This document shows positions 59,434 to 64,000 of a stretch of DNA of 64,000 nt, one piece after another. Within the stretch, counting starts at the first letter, position 1. Each line of letters opens with the position of its first letter. The notes beneath the pieces are model-generated. The model was not told the DNA's origin, made no database searches, and saw nothing but the letters and a program-made list of their open reading frames with translations. Source of the DNA: an uncultured Phycisphaerae bacterium. Its GTDB lineage: Bacteria; Planctomycetota; Phycisphaerae; JAAYCJ01. A program made the translations under genes and the position numbers. The stretch covers positions 6,514 through 70,513 of the forward strand of contig CAZLZE010000004.1 in the NCBI GenBank assembly GCA_964563935.1, read 5' to 3'.

Positions 59434-59445
59434 GAACTGACAGCT
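59413..59445 (+). repeat. right arm of the 33-bp inverted repeat
   Basis: AAGCTGAGAGCTGATAGCTGAGAACTGACAGCT. Its reverse complement matches the left arm at 31/33 positions. It overlaps the last 7 codons of the four-helix-bundle ORF. Confidence 0.8.
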
Positions 59446-59462
59446 ATCACGAAAGGACAGTC

Positions 59463-60203
59463 ATGAGTTTACAGGACAAAGTGGCGTTTGTGACGGGCGG
59501 ATCTCGCGGTATTGGTCGCTCTATCTTATTGGCCCTGGCGAAGGAAGGGGCGACGGTGGTGGCTGTGGCGCGAAACCAGGACAAACTCAACGAAGTGGCC
59601 CAGGCGGCCGGCGGACTGGCCGGAACCGTTCAGCCCAAGGTCGTCGATATCGGCGACGCCAAGCAACTTGAAGCCGCGATCGAGGAAACCGTCGAAAAAT
59701 TCGGCAAAATCGATATCCTCGTCAACAACGCCGTAATCACCCGCGACGGCCTGCTCATCAGAATGGATGAGAGCCAGTTCGACGAAGTGATCAACGTGAA
59801 CCTCAAGTCGGCCTTCATCTCCATGAAGACGGCCGCCAAGCATATGCTCCGCCAGCGTTCCGGACGCATCATCAACATCACCAGCGTGTCCGGAATCATG
59901 GGCAACGCCGGACAGGCCAACTACTCTGCCGCCAAGGCGGGACTCATCGGACTGACCAAGTCCACCGCCAAGGAAGTCTCCAAACGCGGCATCACCGTCA
60001 ACGCTGTCGCCCCGGGCTTCATCACCACCGACATGACCGACGTCCTGCCGGACAAGGTCAAGGAAGTGGTCAAGCCCATGATCCCCATGCAGCGGTTCGG
60101 CAATCCCGAGGAAATCGCCTCCGTGGTGACGTTCCTCGCCTCTGACGCCGCCAGCTATGTCACCGGCCAAGTCATCGTCGTCGACGGCGGCCTGCACATG
60201 TAA
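59463..60203 (+). CDS. fabG: 3-oxoacyl-[ACP] reductase
   Basis: '[15 protein letters not shown]', 'NNAV', 'YSAAKAG' SDR motifs. 246 aa. Confidence 0.9.
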   Translation: MSLQDKVAFVTGGSRGIGRSILLALAKEGATVVAVARNQDKLNEVAQAAGGLAGTVQPKVVDIGDAKQLEAAIEETVEKFGKIDILVNNAVITRDGLLIRMDESQFDEVINVNLKSAFISMKTAAKHMLRQRSGRIINITSVSGIMGNAGQANYSAAKAGLIGLTKSTAKEVSKRGITVNAVAPGFITTDMTDVLPDKVKEVVKPMIPMQRFGNPEEIASVVTFLASDAASYVTGQVIVVDGGLHM

Positions 60204-60227
60204 CCGCGGCCAAGCGGTCGTTTTTGT
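60203..60227 (+). terminator. weak terminator-like hairpin after fabG
   Basis: ACCGC-GGCCAA-GCGGT followed by CGTTTTTGT. Confidence 0.35.
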
Positions 60228-60571
60228 ACCAGTTTTTCAGTGCGCACCGCAAAAACCGTGAAAACGGTGCAATTCCGGTGCGCTTTCGGTGCGTGAAAGA
60301 GAAAGTGGGTGGGATGGCGAAAATGGGCAGGGAGTCAGTTCCGCAGGGCGGGTCGTTCTGCCGTTTTCGGCTCCCTTGACCCGCCAGTGCGGAAGCCAAA
60401 GACGGCGGGTTAATAACCCGCCCCACATGGAGAAGAATCGCCCGCTAAAGCGTGCGCCACATAAGAGGAGAGGATGTCAGCCGAGGGCGGTGAGAGCTAC
60501 ACAGAAAAGAGGGCACGGCGTGCTGGGCCGGGCCCCTGCGAATTTTGAAGGTTGTGGGATCGTTTTTCAGT

Positions 60572-61912
60572 CTACCGGACTGGTTCGCCGGCCAGGAAGA
60601 TGGTTCCGGCGTACCAGAGGATCGGTTTGTATTTTTCGGGGTGATCGGCCAGATCCTGGTGGTTCCAGTTGAAGAGGATTTTCTTTTTGTCGAGCTGGTC
60701 GGGCAACAGTTTGATGTGGACCGTATGGACCTTCTTCGGGTCGAGCGAATTACACAACGGCAGCAGGGCTAATCGATGATAGCAGCAGAAACCATCGATG
60801 CGCTGAGGGTTGGAGACCTGTCCGTCGATAGTCACTTGCAGCCGTCCGCCGTCGGGTCCGAGGAGATCGTAGATGAGGGCCCGGCTGCCCTTGAATCGGA
60901 AGGTGAGTTCGGCTCCGGGCTCCCCGCGCCAGATGGTGGGGAGGAATTGGGCGAAGTCCTGGCCGCCGACGGTCGCGTTCGGGAGCCTGGTCCACGGGCC
61001 TGCCATTTTGGCCCAGTCCAGGGGTTTGGAGGTCGTGGTTTCCAGGTTGTCTTCCATGATGGGCGCGGTCAGCGTGTGCGGCTGGGGTTTGGTCGAGACG
61101 GCCTGGATCTTCGGCAGCGAACGGAGAATGGCTTCGGTGTACAGCCGATGGCCCGTGTCGTTGAATGGATGGACGCCGTCTTGCGCGAAGACGATCTTGC
61201 CCTCTGCGTTCACGGGTAACGGGGCGCTGCGATCGAGTTCATCGCCGGAAACCTTCTCCACCTGGGCTTGCGGCCCGGACATGATGAGTTTGCCCTGTTT
61301 TTCCAGTTCGACGACTTGTGTGCCCATGAAGATCGAAGGAATCTGATAATGATCGGCCACTTTTTCCATCGTCGCGGCGGACGGGAAGAGTTTCCCTTGT
61401 CGCAGATCCGGCAGCAGGTCGGCCGTGAGCGTGTAGACGAAACAAATATCGCACTGGGGGAATTGCCGCCAGGTTTTTCGGACGATGCCTTCCATGCCCC
61501 GGATGATCTCGGCGGGGTCTCGGCCCGAGTCGTTCACGGCGAACTCGACGAACAGGAGATCGGGCTTGTGCTGCAGGACGTCGCGATCGAGACGATACAC
61601 GCCGAGGTCCGAGCCGGTTCCGCCGATGGCGGCGTAGATTTCGGTGATCCTGGTTTTCGGGTAGGATCGGCGAAAGTGGGCAAGGCTTTGCACTCGCCAG
61701 CCGGACTGCGCGGTAATACTGCCGCCGAGATAGGCGATTTTCACCTCGCCGCCCCGATCCAATTTGGCTAAGAAGTTCGGTAATCCGCCTCGCGGTGTGC
61801 ATTCGGTCAACATGGGATGCTCCTTTGTCTTGCTGGTGCTCGCCTGGACCGCGGCCAGGAAGAACAGACTGCAGCCGAGTCCGAATATCATTCGGCGGAT
61901 TAGTATTGTCAT
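60572..61912 (-). CDS. secreted SGNH/GDSL-family hydrolase with a C-terminal beta-rich domain
   Basis: Signal peptide 'MTILIRRMIFGLGCSLFFLAAVQA' (start at the internal ATG at 61912, alternative 61948). 'IAYLGGSITAQ' block I. 'DGVHPFNDTGH' block V. Confidence 0.6.
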   Translation of the reverse strand: MTILIRRMIFGLGCSLFFLAAVQASTSKTKEHPMLTECTPRGGLPNFLAKLDRGGEVKIAYLGGSITAQSGWRVQSLAHFRRSYPKTRITEIYAAIGGTGSDLGVYRLDRDVLQHKPDLLFVEFAVNDSGRDPAEIIRGMEGIVRKTWRQFPQCDICFVYTLTADLLPDLRQGKLFPSAATMEKVADHYQIPSIFMGTQVVELEKQGKLIMSGPQAQVEKVSGDELDRSAPLPVNAEGKIVFAQDGVHPFNDTGHRLYTEAILRSLPKIQAVSTKPQPHTLTAPIMEDNLETTTSKPLDWAKMAGPWTRLPNATVGGQDFAQFLPTIWRGEPGAELTFRFKGSRALIYDLLGPDGGRLQVTIDGQVSNPQRIDGFCCYHRLALLPLCNSLDPKKVHTVHIKLLPDQLDKKKILFNWNHQDLADHPEKYKPILWYAGTIFLAGEPVR

Positions 61913-62242
61913 CCTGGCCGATCCGCTTGGATTCGTGATTTTGTCCATGAGCGCCTTTCCTGTAATGCCAACAGGTCGTGTTGGGAAAATCAAGGTCAGG
62001 TTATCACGGAACGTGGTCCAAATCCATCGGAAAGTCGGGTGGTGTGGTTTGCGTGTGCCGGATTGTCGTCCGGTCGAGCCGGAGTATGGCGAAAGGAGAG
62101 TCGGCCACAGATGCACATAGACAGACACGGATCAAGAGAAAGATGGGAAGGGAAGATCACAAGCAAGATGCTTGTACCCCTGCCGGAAGAGACTGAAGCG
62201 TGCGCCATGATAGGAAGAAAGACGCACGTTCTGTCATTTGGG

Positions 62243-62286
62243 TTGACAAATCTCCCGCTTTCGCGTAGTGTTGTTAACAGTTAACA
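62243..62286 (+). promoter_or_regulatory. promoter plus tandem GTTAAC palindromes upstream of the MFS gene
   Basis: TTGACA (62243-62248), 17-nt spacer, TAGTGT (62266-62271), then TGTTAACAGTTAACA (62272-62286). Confidence 0.4.
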
Positions 62287-62350
62287 AAATAGTCACAGAA
62301 AGCAATTGGCGGACATCGGAGGCTGACGACGAGTCTCCGACCGATAATTT

Positions 62351-63745
62351 ATGGCATCTGCAACGGATCGCGACATCGACACGACCAGCCCAGCACTTTC
62401 CCTGAACGATCAACGACGAGGGTTTCGTCTGATGGCCCTTTCCACGATCATCGCGTTCGTGGGCGACGAGGTGTTCAGCGGCAATATCCTCATGATTATC
62501 GCTCTGCACTTCAAGGCCACTGAAGGTTATATCGGTCTGCTGTGGTTTCTGATCTTGAGCAGTTCGCTGGCCCAGTTGTTCATGGTCAGTCTGGTTCAGG
62601 GGAGGTCCAAAAAACTGCTGCTCTACGGCATCTACGGCGGGGCCATGTTGTGTTCCGTTCCCGTGTTGGGTCTGGAATGGACACTGAGTCATCGAGGCGC
62701 GGCGGCGGCGCTCGTTCTGCTGGCCTTGTGCGTGGGATTGAGGCAGACGGTTTACAATACAGCCAATCCGGTCTGGATGGCGTTGCTTCGCCAGATGACC
62801 CCGGCGGCGGTGCGAGGTCGATGGCTCGGGCTGCTTCGGACAGGGTGGCAGGCGTCGCTGGTTTTGACACTGATTGTGACCGGGGTGTATCTTGGTCGGA
62901 ACCCGGAATGGAACAAGCTGCAAGTAATGCTCATCATCGGCGTGCTGGCCCAGTTGTTCCGAACGCTGTGTCTTGTTCCTGTTCCGCGGGCGCCCTCCGA
63001 CGCGTTGTCGTCAGGCAACCGCTGGCGGGACATCATTCTGACCCCGATACGGGACAAGACATTTCGGCCATTCTTGTTGTACCTGGCGTTCTATGGTCTG
63101 GCGTTGGGGTTACAGGACGGGTTCCGGCTCGTGTATCTGATTCGTTTGGGATTCGGCCAAAATCTGGCGTTGGTGTGCAGTTCTCTGACGGCCTTGGGCG
63201 CGGTGACGACGCTGTTTCAGTGGGGCAAATTGGCGGACCGGTTCGGAAATCACGGGGTGTTTTCGCTATCGCTCGCGGGATTCATCGCGTGCGCAGCATG
63301 CTGGATTTTTGTTTCGAGCCATCCGATAGGGTTGGTTTTGGCCATGATTCTTTTCTTCGCGGCTGGGATTTTTAACAGCGGAAACGGATTGGTTCAGACC
63401 CGTTATCTCTGGGCCGCGTCGAATCCGGAACTGCAGGCTTCATATATCGCCGTGGCGTTCGTCATCCTTCAGCAGGCGACGGGGGTGGGCGCCCTTCTGG
63501 GAGGCCAGTTGCTGACGCTTGCCGACAGACTGGGGTTCCAGATCGGAGCGACGGGGATCAACAATTACCACGTGATCTTTTTGACGTCCACCCTGATGTT
63601 CCTCGTCCCGTGGCTGATTCGCCGAAGAATGAAGGAGCCTGCGGACTCCCCCACTCGCGAGGTAATTGCCGTCGTCCTTCAACAGGCACGAACGACGATC
63701 GGCTCAATGGCGATTTTGGGGAAGGGGCGGGACAAACAGCCGTAA
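62351..63745 (+). CDS. MFS-superfamily transporter
   Basis: 464 aa, about 12 hydrophobic helices, loop motif 'GRNPEWNKL' between TM6 and TM7. Confidence 0.6.
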   Translation: MASATDRDIDTTSPALSLNDQRRGFRLMALSTIIAFVGDEVFSGNILMIIALHFKATEGYIGLLWFLILSSSLAQLFMVSLVQGRSKKLLLYGIYGGAMLCSVPVLGLEWTLSHRGAAAALVLLALCVGLRQTVYNTANPVWMALLRQMTPAAVRGRWLGLLRTGWQASLVLTLIVTGVYLGRNPEWNKLQVMLIIGVLAQLFRTLCLVPVPRAPSDALSSGNRWRDIILTPIRDKTFRPFLLYLAFYGLALGLQDGFRLVYLIRLGFGQNLALVCSSLTALGAVTTLFQWGKLADRFGNHGVFSLSLAGFIACAACWIFVSSHPIGLVLAMILFFAAGIFNSGNGLVQTRYLWAASNPELQASYIAVAFVILQQATGVGALLGGQLLTLADRLGFQIGATGINNYHVIFLTSTLMFLVPWLIRRRMKEPADSPTREVIAVVLQQARTTIGSMAILGKGRDKQP

Positions 63746-64000
63746 TCACATTCATCATTTCCTTTTTCTGACCGCACAGAAGACGATCGTGTAACGGCAT
63801 CTCGACGGGACATAGGAGCACTCAGTGGTCCCTCCCAGCATCGGCGGAACCGACGGTGAAGCGGAAGGCGTAGAGACTGGCGTTGGTCATTTCCACGTGT
63901 AGCTTCGTTGGCCGACCGGATCGCCTCATCACGTCGCCATTATCCTGCCAGCGGACCAGGACGTCGATGTGATCCCCGGTGATGGGAACGCACTCTTCGA

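Noticed and set aside
60457-60531. 24-codon ORF (MSAEGGESYTEKRARRAGPGPCEF) in the spacer after fabG
   Set aside because: It is not ACP-like, has no convincing RBS and is low-complexity. Probably non-coding.
1-64000. Mobile elements or prophage
   Set aside because: No transposase, integrase, recombinase, phage structural or terminase-like ORFs were seen. Only short dispersed repeats are present.

Overview
This 64-kb window is high-GC (~57-60%), densely coding bacterial chromosome with about 54 protein genes on both strands and one tRNA. The gene content suggests a Planctomycetota-like organism, though this is an inference. Evidence for that: a DUF1559-type prepilin-like protein, an FmdB zinc ribbon, a PEP-CTERM protein, many secreted glycoside hydrolases, and HEAT-repeat and PilZ proteins. 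Housekeeping genes recognised from motifs are nrdR, hpt, dtd, fabD, fabG, a YitJ-type homocysteine S-methyltransferase/MTHFR fusion, an MTA-phosphorylase-like enzyme and a heterodimeric ABC exporter pair. Carbohydrate-active loci are a GH4 glycosidase with a large GH-like protein and a GntR/sugar-binding regulator, a GH5-like enzyme, a clan GH-A hydrolase next to a GH2 enzyme and a LacI regulator, and an archaeal-type glycogen debranching enzyme. No transposase, integrase, CRISPR array or rRNA was found. Features that look accessory or unusual: (1) a HigBA-like toxin/antitoxin pair with a textbook promoter and operator, next to a decayed SAM-methyltransferase pseudogene with an in-frame TAG; (2) a WYL-regulator / dtd / pentapeptide-repeat K+ channel operon; (3) a radical SAM / SGNH hydrolase / AAA ATPase operon transcribed divergently from a ThiF/E1-like gene, a GT4 gene and yitJ; (4) a four-helix-bundle protein gene, of the kind found in 23S rRNA intervening sequences, inserted between fabD and fabG and clasped by 33-bp inverted repeats that belong to a dispersed AGCT-rich repeat family; (5) tRNA-Thr(CGU) next to a ~530-bp low-GC stretch and a PEP-CTERM protein; (6) several promoter/terminator-defined small-RNA candidates and heptamer tandem repeats that form an inverted repeat around the start of the prepilin-like gene. 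All functional calls come from motif recognition in the translated ORFs. No database searches were run.
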